DNA of 64,000 bases. Origin: the human T2T-CHM13v2.0 reference genome, Homo sapiens. A program made the position numbers and the translations under genes. Position 1 is the first letter of the stretch. The number at the start of each line of letters is the position of its first letter. Where the stretch lies: assembly GCF_009914755.1 (NCBI RefSeq), contig NC_060929.1; one strand, written 5' to 3'. Below are positions 1-19,753 of the stretch, one piece after another. A model generated the notes under the pieces. It was not told where the DNA came from. It saw only the letters and a list, made by a program, of their open reading frames with translations, and did no database searches.

Positions 1-1992
1 CAGCCCTGCACCATGAGGTCCCTGTACCACGAGTCAGGCCATGACAGCTGTTGACTTGGGACTCTAGATCTGCCTTCCCTTTCTTTCAGGATCTCTTCCT
101 GTAGAATCAACCCAACTATATTTTACATGCAGCAGAGGAACTTGGTCCTTAAAGAGACCAAAAGTGACTCATTGGTAGAAGAGAAGGATCACCCTATAGT
201 CTGTATTTTTGGTAATTTTGAGGTTTGGGGGTTGTCAGGTAGCCTAAAGCCACATACACCCAGACCATCTCTTTGCCTTTCTCATTTCAACACTTCCCAA
301 ATTAGAAGATGGAAACCAAGTTGGAAATTGGCAGAGGAAGGTGAATCTGAGGAAGGCACGAAGTGGCCCTTGAGAATCCGTTTGGTAAAAAGTCTCTATT
401 TCAGTGAGACACCTGAGACCGCAGGGGCAGAACATCAGTGCAGATGACTCCCAGTGAAGGGCAGATAAATGTTCTTGTGTTTATGTATTGTGTTTTTCCA
501 AGGCTTGCCCTTTTAACAAAAACTTAAAATTCTTACAAACTCTCCTTCCCATCCCCATGCCCCCCCACCAAAAAAAAAGTGGTTCTGCAGTGAACAATTT
601 AGATTTCCACACAAATCATAACAAAAATAGAAGACCACAAGCCATGAGGTGAGTGGCAGGAGATCCAAGGGTAGTGGAGCTGGTCTTCATTTGAATGGCA
701 CAAATCCCAGAATTCATCATGGTGCTCTTTAATGGAATAGCAACCTTTTGCTCTTGCCTTTTGCACCAACATTTCTGCCCCTTTGGCAAAAGTGTTCATA
801 TTTTCTCTTGCTGGCCACTTCCACCAGCAAGAAGAGGATCTGCTTTCCAAGGAGCCCCATCTTTGAGTTGCCAAATTCCACCTTCGCCATGAGTTTGCAA
901 CACTTTGACTTCAGTTCCCAGACGACTGCCCATGGGATAGAGGCTTGACTTTTGGCAGTAAGCTGCTGGCTTTGGAAAACATCAAAGATATTTTATTGTA
1001 ACAGATGCAAGACAGTTTTGGCAGGGGAGCAATAAAGACCTGGAGGGGAAACAGAAAATTACATCTAAGTGCTGCAGGAAAGAAGGTGGCAAAAATAAAG
1101 GATGCAGTTTGGATTTGTAAAGCTAAGTCCTTTGCACAATCTGTTTTACAGGCTAGAACTTGCTTGACTTCAGTTTATCCCTCAAGTGAGTCAAGGAATG
1201 TTAGAATGAAATGCTGAAGCTGTGAAATGTACGTACTTGGGGACAACTTGGCGTTTGAGGATGTTATTGGGGTCCCACTGGCCCATCCAAACTTTGTGTG
1301 ATGAAAATCCTGCTGTTTTCATACTGCTGAGACATTAGATGCTCTTATGCCTGTGTCTAATTAGACATTTGTAACGAGTTTGTTAGGGTAATAGAAATTT
1401 AACTTCTCATCTTAAAAGTGAATGGATTCAGCCATTTCAGTAGAAGAAACATCAGTCTTCGCTATAGTCTCTGGTGGCTTCATTCATTACATTTGTTGCC
1501 ACTGGGATTTCAAAATGGGGATAGAATCTGCTGTCAGTTTTAGTATGTGTTTTGTTTTTTAATTCTGTGGGTTCTTCATCTACTCCAGAAACAACCTCTG
1601 GGTCACTCTAAAACCTAAGCAGTCTTGAAGCCAGGATCTCAAACCTTGCAAGTTAGTCACTATTCTAGGCCACATCACAGTGAATGATATAGCACTGATT
1701 TTTAAAATCGTTTTTACTCTGTGATTTACTATGATAGACTCTTGTTATCCACAGATTGACTCTGAAATCTGTGAGGTTTCCTCTGCTTTCAACCTATTTT
1801 CTTTTTTATGGCCGTATCTAACATGATTAGCCCTGGAACCAAGATAGGTGGAGAACTAGGTCAAGATGATAATGCAACTGACTAGTCTTAGAATGTTCAG
1901 ACTGCAAGGTTTAGAGATGTATTTTTTGGGTGACCAAACCTAGATAAAGAGAAGCTAAGTGTGAGTGCTATCCTTTGTGTGCTTATGGGCAT

Positions 1993-2010
1993 GTGTGTGT
2001 GTGTGTGTGT
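1993..2010. repeat. (TG)9 microsatellite
   Basis: Direct read. Confidence 0.9.
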
Positions 2011-2082
2011 CAGGGAGGGAGAAATGTAATTATTTCATGGCACTCACATGGACCTGGAGACATGGCTCTTTTTGAGCAAAAC

Positions 2083-2240
2083 TTTTTTTTAAAGATACAA
2101 AGTTTCACTCTATTGCCCAAACTGGCATGCAGTGGTTCGATCCTAACTTGCTGTAACCTTGAACACCTGGGCTCAAGTAATCCTCCCGCCTCAGCTTCGC
2201 AATGTACTGAGATTATAGGCGTGAGCCACTGCACCCGGCC
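2083..2240 (-). mobile_element. Alu monomer (FRAM-like)
   Basis: Single ~160-bp arm ending gtgagccactgcacccggcc; T-tail; flanking caaaact repeats. Confidence 0.8.
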
Positions 2241-2441
2241 AAACAAAACTCTTTATGTAAGACTGCGTCTCAGTTTGTAGATCTGCCTTCTCTTTTGTAA
2301 ACATGTGGTCCAAACACATTCACATGGTTTGTTTTTGTTAGAGAAATGCCTCATGGTGTCGTGACTACTTTTCGGTGAGAGTTCAAACCAGTGTCAGATG
2401 AACTCCCCAAGGTTGATGTGCTCAGTTCCATTTTGCTTTCA

Positions 2442-2864
<423 letters not shown>

Positions 2865-3954
2865 TTATTTTGAGAACCACAGTTGACACGGCTGTGGGAA
2901 GTGTTGCTTATTCTTGGCAAGAAAACTACCCTGAAAAGGTGCTTATGATCCAGGAGACAGAAGCCTGCCCTAGGCACTCTGGCAGAGCTGGGGGAACCGT
3001 TCAGAACTCAGCATCAGTAGTTTGTAGTAAATCCACATTGGTATGGTAGGACCCACCCAGATGAAGAAGGCGCATCCTAAAAAGCGGGGTTATTTTAGTT
3101 ACCCTGTGTAATGGTATTCAGAATGTAACATGGGAATGTACATTCGGAATGTAATATTTCTGCTTCAGAAATATTTAGAACCCAACCTAGAGGGTTTAAT
3201 CCAAAGGACGTATTAAACACTTGCGTGCTTAGCTACGTAGAAGCCACAAGACACAAAGAAGCCGACGAGGCAAATGCAGTCGCTATCAGAGAAGGAAGTG
3301 ATTTGACCAGCTTGTCCTCAAACTAAATCAGACAGAGAGACAGACAGATATAGGGCACAACACTCTCTTTATTCCTTTTGCGCAGGATCTTTAAACATCT
3401 GTCTATCTTAACCTGGATTCTATTAGTAGATTTCAGAGGGACTGTGAACCTAGAAGGGAAGAAAACTGAACTGTAGCTCAAATTTGGTATTTCCTTCAAT
3501 AATGGATGTAGGCAACAAAGGACAGTAGTATTAGCAGTCCTTATGTCTTTGTCACCAGCACAAATGATTTTCATTATTTGTAGCAGATAAATCCCAATAT
3601 CATCTACAGTCATTACTACTTTGAGAATATGTCAGTTAGTCTGTTTAGCAACTATGTTGCTAGATCTTTGAATTCAGTGTAACAAGCACATGCAGGTTAC
3701 TACATTACAAATCTTTAAACATTTAGGGTATTGTTTTTCCAGATAATTGGTTTTCTTTGTAATCCTATGCATTTTATACATTTAAAATATAATTTTTGAA
3801 ACTTTACCAGGTAGCCAGAGAGTCTATGGCACAAAATAATGAGAGAAGGAAGAAAAGGAACCCTGTCTTAAGGGCTACCATTTGATATTTACTTAGATCT
3901 TCATTTACTGGGGAAAAAATAAGAGCCCAGGACAGCGTGGTATGTTCTAGCCTC

Positions 3955-4035
3955 TCCCCAGGTGACTGGGGGATCTTGATAAAATGCTGTAGGCCTGGAG
4001 TGGGGCCTGAGACCTCTGCTTTTCTAACAAATTCA
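3955..4035. mobile_element. MER5A-like hAT-Charlie MITE fragment
   Basis: gtaggcctggagtggggcctgagacctctgcttttctaacaa resembles the MER5A core. Confidence 0.55.
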
Positions 4036-5595
4036 AACAAATTCAGAATAGCCAGGCTGTAGCCTACAGCAATTCAGATAAGAACCTCTGTTTTCCAAAC
4101 TCACTTCCTATAATTTTGATAAATCTTAGTTGTAGGTAGCTTAAGTATTCCAACATGTGGTTGTGAGAAGAGATGTTCCAGGAGAGGAAATGTGGGAAAA
4201 TCCCAGAAGACAGACTTCGCCTGCTTCCAAGTGTGTATGTTGCCTCCTTTAGATCCCAGAGTAACTGCCCTGTTGGGGTGTTAATTAGGTGGAAGCTCAG
4301 GCTCTGGGAGAGGCTGCCAAGGTGGAGGGTGGGGTGGCAGCGTGTGCACGTGTGTCCCCAGGTGACTCTCTCATGGTGTGCATTCCCTGGGAAGCAGCTG
4401 CAGCTGCGCCTTGGAGGGGCCGCTTCCTGGCCTCATGGCCCATGTGCACCAGGTGAGCTGTGAGCTGAGCCGTGCACAGCAGCTGCTTGCCTGTAGCCAA
4501 TTACCTCAGCCCTGCTGGGTGCAGAAGAGGGCAGATTACCATCTGATCCCATACATGTGTGCGGACCAGATGCTCTGCGCTCAGGAGGATTGTGTATATG
4601 GCTTTCTTCTTTCCAGAAGGGAGATTTATTAAGTGTGTCATTGGATGATGCAAGTTGTATATCTTTGTAAGATTTTCATGGATGTTTGCAAGTGAGAGAA
4701 AGGTCCTTTGGCAGAGTATCAGGGAGTAAAAATGTCCCTGTACTTCCGCAGCCCAAGCAGCTCCAGAACCCCGAGATCTGACCGACTATGCCCTAATGGT
4801 GTGCTTTTGGCCTTGGTCAAACCACTTATGTCACAGGCCAACTGGTGGCTTCACAGGGTGGCGCTTATAAACAGAAATCCAATTTTGTGTGTTTATCAGA
4901 GGTTGTCAGCGGCCTGGAAACTGACTCATGCTAATCAAATTCCCAGGAGACTGGCATTGAGCATTCCAAAGCCAGGTTATTGATTCCTAGTGAAGGAGGG
5001 ATTCTTCCACTGGCCAAAGATGTTATTGCCATCTCTTGTTTGTTTCTGCTATCTCGGTCCTATCTTCTGGGGAGAGAGGTGGTTGACTATGAGAACATCA
5101 TGTGGAATATGTCTTAAGGAATGTTCTAGGATTCTAGATACAGCGTCCCCGTTAATGTAGAGGGCTGAACCACACCAAAATTCTGTCTTTGGGTTTGGCT
5201 TTACTAGATTCCCTTGAGAAACTCTCCCTCAACCCTGTTTTTCCCCCTTGTTCTCTTCCCTATGGGAACCCCCTAGGGTGTTCTGCCGCAGCTTTCATAG
5301 TTTCAGACTCTACCTGCCTGAGACCACATCGTCTTCCCTGGCTTGGATCCAGGTGCTTCCTGGGTCTCCTCCCCCAGGAAGAGTCTTTAAGGAGATGGGC
5401 ATTAGGATGGGGACAGGTGCACAGCCATTATAGGGTGATCCTTACTATTTCTGCTATTCCTACTCTTCCTTTTTTCCTCTTTCTATTTCTACTCTTGAGG
5501 TAAACTCTCTGTAGCCCCAAGAGTGTTCATCTTAGCCTTGAGGAAGCACAGGTGGCACCTCATGACTGGAAGAATTCTCCCTGGCAAACATGCTG

Positions 5596-5909
5596 TTTTA
5601 TTTTCATTTGTTTTTGTTTCTCTTTTTGAGATGGAGTCTCCCTCTGTCACCCAGGCTGGAGTGCAGTGGCACGATCCCGGCGCACTGCAACCTCTGCCTC
5701 TCAGGTTCAAGGGATTCTCCTGCCTCAACCTCTTGAGTAGCTAGGACTACAGGCGTGCGCCACCACACCTGGTTAATTCTTGCATTTTTAGTAGAGATGG
5801 GGTTTCACCATGTTGGCCAGACTGGCCTTGAACTCCTGACCTCAAGTGCTCTGCCTGCCTCGGCCTCCCAAAGTTCTGGGATTATAGACGTGAGTCACTG
5901 CGCCTGGCC
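5596..5909 (-). mobile_element. AluS
   Basis: Full antisense Alu; TSD aaacatgct. Confidence 0.93.
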
Positions 5910-5984
5910 AAACATGCTATTTTATACCAGTCTCTGCAGGAAGAGTCCCTATTAATTATCTGTGTTCTTGGTTCCCAAAATCTA

Positions 5985-6095
5985 TTGTGTGAACCTGACT
6001 GCATCTCATGAGGCATTTCAGGAAATACAGATTGTTGGGCCCTCCGGCGGGTCTGGGTGGGGTCTAGAGTCATATTTGTAAAACATTCCTTGGGA
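5985..6095. mobile_element. MER5A-like fragment
   Basis: aaatacagattgttgggccc...ggtctgggtggggtctagag. Confidence 0.5.
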
Positions 6096-6290
6096 ATAGA
6101 GGAATTCCTTGGATTGTGCTCCCCGCCGCCATGTCAGAATGTTTTTATGGCACTGCTGTCCTACCACCAGTGAGTGATAGATGATTAGGAGGTCCCTTAT
6201 TTATACTTGTTTGCTTAAATCTTTACCGAACAACTGTCATTTTACAAAGCAGTCCTTTTTTTCTTCAAAGGAAAGGCTCCATAGATTATT

Positions 6291-6610
6291 CTTTTTGTTT
6301 CGTTTTGTTTTTTGTTAAGAAACGGTATCGCTCTGTTGCCCAGGTTGGAGTGCACTGGTGCAATGATAGCTCACTGTAACCTTGAACTTCTGGGCTCAAG
6401 CAATCCTCCCACCTTATTTTCATTTGTTTCCCAAGTAGCTGCGAGTACAGATACACACCACCACTGGCTAGTTTTTAAAAATATTTTTTGTAGAGACATG
6501 GGTCTTAACGACATTGCCCAGGCTGGTTTTGAACTCCTGGCCTCAAGAGATCCTCTCACTTCTCCCTCCCAAAGTGTTGGGATTAAAAGCATGGGCCACC
6601 ATTTCCGGCT
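6291..6610 (-). mobile_element. AluJ
   Basis: Antisense Alu with J-type ctgggctcaag/ttgcccagg diagnostics. Confidence 0.9.
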
Positions 6611-7059
6611 AAGATGGTTCTTTTGATCAGTCAAATTTGGAAACCACCACTGTAGACCTGGTATCCCAGACTCAGAGCCCTGATTTTATGGATGAGGAAA
6701 CTAAGGCCTCAAGAAAGAACGGGCTAACTGGTATCAAGGGTGCCCCTCGGTTTAGAGGGACAATATACAAAGGTACATTGGATCTACAAAGACCAGAGTC
6801 TACAAAGACCAGGTTCTATGTGTACTCTCTGGTTGTTGATGAAATCCACTATTCTAAGCCCCGGGGGCCTTGTTTCTGGGCTGTCGCGTTAGAATGGCCA
6901 TGATGAAATGCCCATGTATGCAGGGTACAGAAACAAATTTAACCTGAGCATCCTTTCTCAGTTCTAGACTAAAACTTGAGTGACGTCAACCATCCTGATG
7001 CTTCCACAGCTGACAGGCCCCTGGAATGCCCCAGGTGCCCCGCCTCTTCAGTAAACCAT

Positions 7060-7600
<541 letters not shown>

Positions 7601-8344
7601 ATTATATATTATCTCCAGAGATTTTACATGTCTGCTGAGTGGCTCCAAACAGAATCAGTACAGGTGGAAGAAATACTTTATTATAACCCAATGAAAGGTT
7701 ACTTGGGAGGAGTCAGGATTTCCATAGAAGTACATCACTTCTGAATTTCCTGAAGTAGCTCTAATGGCCCATTAGTGAATCATTTCACACCCTCTGCCCT
7801 TTTTGTGGTGGCTTTCCAGCTATGCTCCAGAGTTCGGAGTTGTTTGGGCGAGCAAGCTGGGACATGTAAGTCAGAGGATGTTTTTTTGTCTGCTCAGGGG
7901 CGAGGGCTGTCTTTGATACCTCTGCTGCTGCCGTAGATGGTGCAGATGCTCCAAGATTTGTCATTTTGAGAATGGCAGGCTTTTCGACCTTGTTTTCCAG
8001 ACTAGATTAAGAACCAGACAGATTTTAATATCTGTAAAGAGTTTCTGCAACTGTTCCAGCAAAGAGATATCCCTAGAACAGATAAAGCTTTCTTTTCCTC
8101 CCCTGGAAATGATAGAGCTTGAGAACAACAGAACTCAGTCTGTGGTATAATAATTAACCTTAATGATCTTAAGTACCAACGAGGTCTCCATAGAGTTGCT
8201 TAAAGAAAACATACAGATTTGCAGACATAAGGTATAAAAAGAGAAAAATAAAATACGAGAAATTCTAATAAAAGGAGTATGTGATTTAATGATATGATGT
8301 AAATGGCCTGTGCTTCCTGGAGGGTACTTCTGGCTCTGAGGTCA

Positions 8345-8752
<408 letters not shown>

Positions 8753-9029
8753 TCACCCCCACTCCCATCCCTAGATTTATTATTACAGAATCTTGGAGCA
8801 GTAGAAGGAAGATAGAGAATCTCATTTTTTTTTTAAGTTCTTCACGTGCAACCAACGTTAGGAAGTATGCAACTTTCTAAGAACTTCATCCTCATGTGTG
8901 ACCCAAGGACAATGTAAAATAGCACTTCAAACCCCAGTTCCCCAAATTCATGCACTTCTAACAACTGGAGTTTGAGATATGCAACAGAAAACAATTCTGG
9001 CTCATTTAAGCAGGAAAGAAATTTAGTGA

Positions 9030-9585
<556 letters not shown>

Positions 9586-9589
9586 GCCA

Positions 9590-9770
9590 TTTTTAAATTT
9601 TAATGCCAGAACTGCATCAGATTCTCTATATGCAGTCTTATCCAGAAGAGGCTTATTACCTCCTCCGGTGATGTGGACAGTTGACTTCTCTTAATGCAGT
9701 CAAAGATTGCAGTGCCTTTGTAGTTGGCTCTGTCATGAACTTAAGTTGACCATCTATGAGACCCCATAGG
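9590..9770 (-). mobile_element. L3/CR1 fragment
   Basis: gccagaactg...cttctcttaatgcagtcaaagattgca resembles the L3 consensus. Confidence 0.55.
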
Positions 9771-10109
9771 TTGTGCCTGAAACTATGTAGACTTGTTCAG
9801 AATATCCTGTGGGATCAGATTCTGATCCACGAGCCTGGGCCCATGATCCTGGCACTAGCATTCTACGCTGTTAACTTGGTTTGCTTGAGAGAATCTCCCC
9901 ATGGCCCTGTGGAAGGACTGAGAAGGTGAGTTGTAGATTGCTGGAAAAATGAAAAGCTCTAACCAATGAGGAAGGCTGGATTTTATATACTTTATTTTCA
10001 TTAAGTGGATCCTCATTCCTAAGCAAATAACTGACGTGCTCTTGTTGGATAGAAGATGGTATGGGAAGACAGGGTGAGGATTGGTTTGCATTTTGAGTTG
10101 AGTATTTTT

Positions 10110-11285
10110 TTATTATTATTAAGTCAGGTTTATTGAGATATAATTTGTTTACTCTTCATCATGATAAATTTTCCCCAATTCCAGAAGAAATTAAATGGAG
10201 TTACATTCACAGTACAAAATTGAGATATTATACTAAAGTAAGAAGCTAAAGGAAGACCTCTTTAGTTGTACCAGTCTGTAAATTGTGGCAAACACAAGTC
10301 TTGTGAATTACCACCACACTCAAGACAGAGAACCATTTCCTCACCCTTGAAAGTATCCCCCATAGTCATCTTTTTCCTAATCCCCAGTCTCTGGCAACCA
10401 TGATATATACTCTCTTCCTATTTTGCCTTTTTCAGGATGTCATATAAATGGAATCTTAGTCTGCTTGGATGTCTATTAAAAAATACCTTAGACTGGGTTG
10501 TTGATAAACAACAGAAATTTATTGCTCACAGTTCTGGAGGCTGCAAAGTCCAAGATCAAGGCACCGGCAGATTCAGTGTCTGGTGTGGGTCCTGTTCCTC
10601 ATAGATGGCACCTTCTTGCTGTACCTGCACATGGTGGAAGGGGCAGATAAGCTCCCTCAGGCTTGTTCTTTCTTTTCTTTTCTTTTTTGAGATCCAGTCT
10701 CACTCTGTCTCCCAAACTGGAGAGCAGTGGCGCCATCACAGCTCACTGCAGTCTCAACCTCCCGTGCTCAAGTGATCCTCCCACCCACAGCCTCCCTGGT
10801 AGCCGGGATTACACGTGTACAGCACCACACCCAGCTAATTTTTAAATTTTTTTAAGAAACAGGGTCTCACTTTGTTGCCCAGAATGAACTCAAACTCCTG
10901 GGTTCCAGTGATCCTCCTGCCTCAGCCTCTCAAAATAGTGGATCTACAGGGTTGAGCCACTGCACCTGGCCTTCAGGCTTCTTATGTAAGGGTTCTACTC
11001 TCATTCACGAGGTTCTCTAATCTCATGGCCTAATGACCTCTCAAAGGCTCGACCTCTTAATACTATCACATTGGGGATTAAGTTTCAACATAAGAATTTG
11101 GGGAGACACAAACATTGAGTCCACAGCAGAATCATACAGTTTGTAGCTATTTGAATCTTCTTTCACTTAGCATAATGGATTGAGTCATCCATGTTGTTTC
11201 ATGTTTCAGTAATCCATTCCTTTTAATTGCTGAATAGTATTCCTTTGTATACATGTGCCACAGTTGGTTTATCTGTTTGCTCTTA
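10110..11285 (-). mobile_element. L1M 3' end, interrupted by a MaLR LTR at 10456-11128
   Basis: ttattgagatataattt...ctggcaacca...catataaatggaatc | atacagt...ctttcacttagcataat...gtgccacagttggtttatc. Confidence 0.8.
10456..11128 (-). mobile_element. MLT1A-like MaLR solo LTR containing an AluJ (10665-10971, -)
   Basis: aacagaaatttattgctcacagttctggaggctg...ccacagca; 5-bp TSD gaatc; inner Alu TSD tcaggctt. Confidence 0.85.
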
Positions 11286-12269
11286 GAACGTGCTGTTACA
11301 TCAGGTAGAAGTTCGCGTAGTGTCTCATGAAAGAGAGGTTTTGTGCCCTTTCTCTCAGAAAAATACAGTGAATTGGACAAAGAAACTTTTGCTCTTGTAT
11401 GTGATCACTGCATTCCAGTCATGCTAGATTGTCATCTCCTAAAGCTTTGGAAAAAAAGCATGAAAAGTAAAGTATTTGAAAAAGAGTATGTATGTTTTCT
11501 TTTTCTTTGCCCGCAAGCGTCAGCACTAGATTTTTGTCTATTTTTTGTTTTTGTCTTAGATTTTTGTCTATTTTGAATACAGATCTTATTTCTCTCTCTC
11601 ATTACACTTTGAAACAGGTTTAAACCTTTTTGGGTTTTGTTCTGTTTAAAGAAAGATCTGGTCAGTATCTCTAAAGAAAATCTGTCACTATTTTATGTCT
11701 TTATTAAATTGTAATTATTACATAAATAGGGATGCCAGAATTAAACTCTTTTTAAGTACTGTTTTCAGTTTAAAGTTGGACTTGTTCCACTGTCTGTGGT
11801 CATAATTTTGAGATATCCATGCCAAGAGATACATCATAAACACTGCATTCTGAAATGCAGGTTAGAGTGGAGAAAGGGATATCATAGCAGACAGTGATTT
11901 GAAATAATTATGTGATGGGAATGTCTGAATTTGTAATCTCTGTATCCCTTTGATTTATGATCTGGTAAAAGTAACATTAGAAGAAAATCTTGGATTTCAG
12001 AACCTCAGTTGAAAACTTTTGGGATGCTGATTACAGCATAAAAATGTACTTTAAAGATTCAAAAGTGACCACTGGGGCTGGCTAAGTGAATTATTTGTTT
12101 GCTTATTAATGGGGCCAACCTTAACTTATTGCATTCTTAAGTAAAGAACAGTAGCTCAGATTATGTATCTACAACCATAGTTCCTGTAGCTAATAAATGG
12201 ACCCTGCAGACATTCTTTTAAGGACACCAGATTCTACTGTCTTCCTTTCCTATCTATAAATAAATACAG

Positions 12270-13130
<861 letters not shown>

Positions 13131-13135
13131 AGTTG

Positions 13136-13740
<605 letters not shown>

Positions 13741-14253
13741 AGTGACAGGAATGGTTTTGCGAGTGGTGTGAAGGAGTAACTTGGACATTTTACTCAGTCT
13801 GCTTCTCCACCACATGAGTTTTGTTTTTTGTTTTTTACAAGAATGTATTTACAAATTGCATGATTGCATGATTTCCTCAACGTTCTTGCCGTAGTACATA
13901 AACCATGGTTAACACTCATAAATTATAGAAGCTATTATTATTTTTAAACTGCTTTCCTCACAGTGATTCATATTTAGAAAATGTGTCTCCATGTCTAAAT
14001 GTGTTTTTGTAAAATTTTCTTATGGTTTGAATAGCATTGCCAATTTGTTGTTGTGGTTGATACCCTGCTTTTTTCTGCCATTCCTCATTACTGCTCAGTG
14101 CAGAGGGTAAAAGATTTAATTATATTATTAAATGCATTGTGACTATTGGCTTTGGAAGAGTCAGGGACACGAGGTTACAAAAGTACCATGAACCCTCTTC
14201 AAGGTGTACACAGTCTTGTTTGACATTATGTTCCCATAAAAACCACTAAGAGG

Positions 14254-14550
14254 GGCTGGGCACAGTGACTCACACCTGTAATCCTACCACTTTGGGAGAC
14301 CGAGGCAGGCGGATCACGAGGTCAGGAGATCGAGACCATCCTGGCTAACATGGTGAAACCCCGTCTCTACTAAAAATACAAAGAAAAACAAAATTAGCCG
14401 GGCGTGGTGGTGCATGCCTGTAATCCTAGCTGCTCGGGAAGCTGGGGCAGGAGAATCGCTTGAAACCCGGGAGGCGAGGGTTGCAGTGAGCCGAGATCGC
14501 GCCATTGCACTCCAGCCTGGGGGACAGAGAGAGACTCTGTCTCAAAAAAA
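14254..14550 (+). mobile_element. AluSc/Y-type Alu
   Basis: ggatcacgaggtcaggagatcgagaccatcctggctaac diagnostics. Confidence 0.92.
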
Positions 14551-14842
14551 ACAACCACTAGGGAACAATTTGAGAAAGTTTTCTCTCAAGTGCCAAATTG
14601 AGTGTAATCATATCCCCGCCGGGGTTGAGCACTGGAGCATCCCCAAGCCCCGTACCCTGTGGAACGTCTAGAGAGGACCTGTCTCTAGGAGCTGGGAAGA
14701 AATGGACCAAGGAGCCGAGAATGGTATACAGATGTTTCTGAGAACTTTCCCTGTCTTCTTTCTTTTTTGGAACAGGCTTCTTTCTAGCTGAGCCTATGCG
14801 CTGACATTGGGATGATTCACATGTGACCCTCTAGAATGCTAG

Positions 14843-16473
<1,631 letters not shown>

Positions 16474-16483
16474 TTAGGTTTGC

Positions 16484-16800
16484 CTTTTATTTTTATTTCT
16501 TTTTTTAGAGATGGGGTCTTTCTCTGTCACCCAGGCTAAAGTGCAGTGACACGATCATACCTCGCTGTAGCCTCGAACTCCTGTAACATCTTGGTTTTTA
16601 CTATACCTATAGGAGATCACTGGTTAAGACAAAAGGTATAAGGGACACTGATGAGTCAAATTAATTAGGTGCAAAACAGTTCTGATTCTCTATGTTCTCA
16701 AGATGATCTTCACCAGCCTGGAACTCCTGGGCTAAGGGTTTCCTTTCACCTCAGCCTCCTGAGTAGTTGGAACTACGGGCATGAGCCACCATGCCTGGCT
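16484..16800 (-). mobile_element. Alu monomer (FRAM/AluJ-like) interrupted by a ~133-bp non-Alu insert at 16584-16716
   Basis: Alu halves join perfectly once the insert and one TSD copy are removed. Confidence 0.85.
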
Positions 16801-17819
16801 CTGTTTACCTTTTTAAAAAATAATCTCTGCAGTGTGTTTAGTGAGGAGACCAGCTGAAATGACAGCACACTTAATGCCTATTGGCTCCTTTCCCCAGGAG
16901 GACATCGCCAGTCACGCAGTGGTTCAAGCTCTAGGAATTTAATCTAGCACAAGAGCCCACACTCGGTCAGGAGGTTGCACATCACAGACCAGTGCCTGGG
17001 GTGTTACGGGGCTGACCAGGGTAACATTCATACATGAACGAGCCAACTTAACACGCATTACCGAAAATCAGAAAATAATTGCTTAAACATTTTCCCTCTG
17101 AAATAGAAAGGTTTGAGAATCAGAAGCCGGTACTAAGTGGGAGAACAGTGGATGTTATGACCCAGATATCCAGGTCATCCCTCAGGTGATCAACTCTAGC
17201 CTCTGGAGACCAGGGGGTTGCCCATTATATGGCCTTAAGTGGTTTCTCCAGCTTGGTATCATAACATCTTGGTTTATTATTCCCGTAAGAGAACCATTGG
17301 TTAGGACAAAAGGCTTCATGGACACTGATGATTCAAATTAATGAGCATAACAGTGATGATTCTCTGTGTTCTCCTCAAGATGACTTCCACCAGACCTTCA
17401 AGTTGGAGTCATCCGATCAAAATATTTATACAGGAGCAATCTCTTGTTGTTCTGTCCAATGTAACTGCTGTTTGTTGAGGTAAAGGCTATTCATCCTTGC
17501 AGTATATACATTGAGGCAGTGTGATTACAAGTCACAGCTGGAAATCTCTTTCATCTTGCCACCTAGACACCAAACATCATAATTTTAAAAACAAACCCAG
17601 AAATTTTATACCATTTAAATCCAAAATTTACAAATGTCCGAGAATTAAAGCAGCAGGGCTTCCATATTATTCATGTCATAACACATAGGTAATTTTTCTT
17701 AGAATTTTAAAAATGTACACATTTAATATGTTTAAGTGATATATATTTACATTTTAGTAGCTCATCTTTGGTCTTATGTATTAATCTGAAGTAAATGAAA
17801 TGGCAGGCATCATTTGTGA

Positions 17820-19745
<1,926 letters not shown>

Positions 19746-19753
19746 AGATGCTT

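Noticed and set aside
4362-4452. Possible cryptic exon (ccccag|gt ... CAG|gtgagc)
   Set aside because: The donor is good but the acceptor lacks a real pyrimidine tract; such pairs occur often by chance.
6783-6812. tctacaaagaccag direct repeat (and a similar one at 11528-11575)
   Set aside because: Ordinary short slippage duplications with no further structure.
16584-17393. The duplicated 133-mer as a snoRNA or snoRNA retrocopy (size fits; TGATGA motifs present)
   Set aside because: No terminal C/D box arrangement, no convincing H/ACA double hairpin and no poly-A tail; a local templated copy explains it better. An Rfam scan would settle it.
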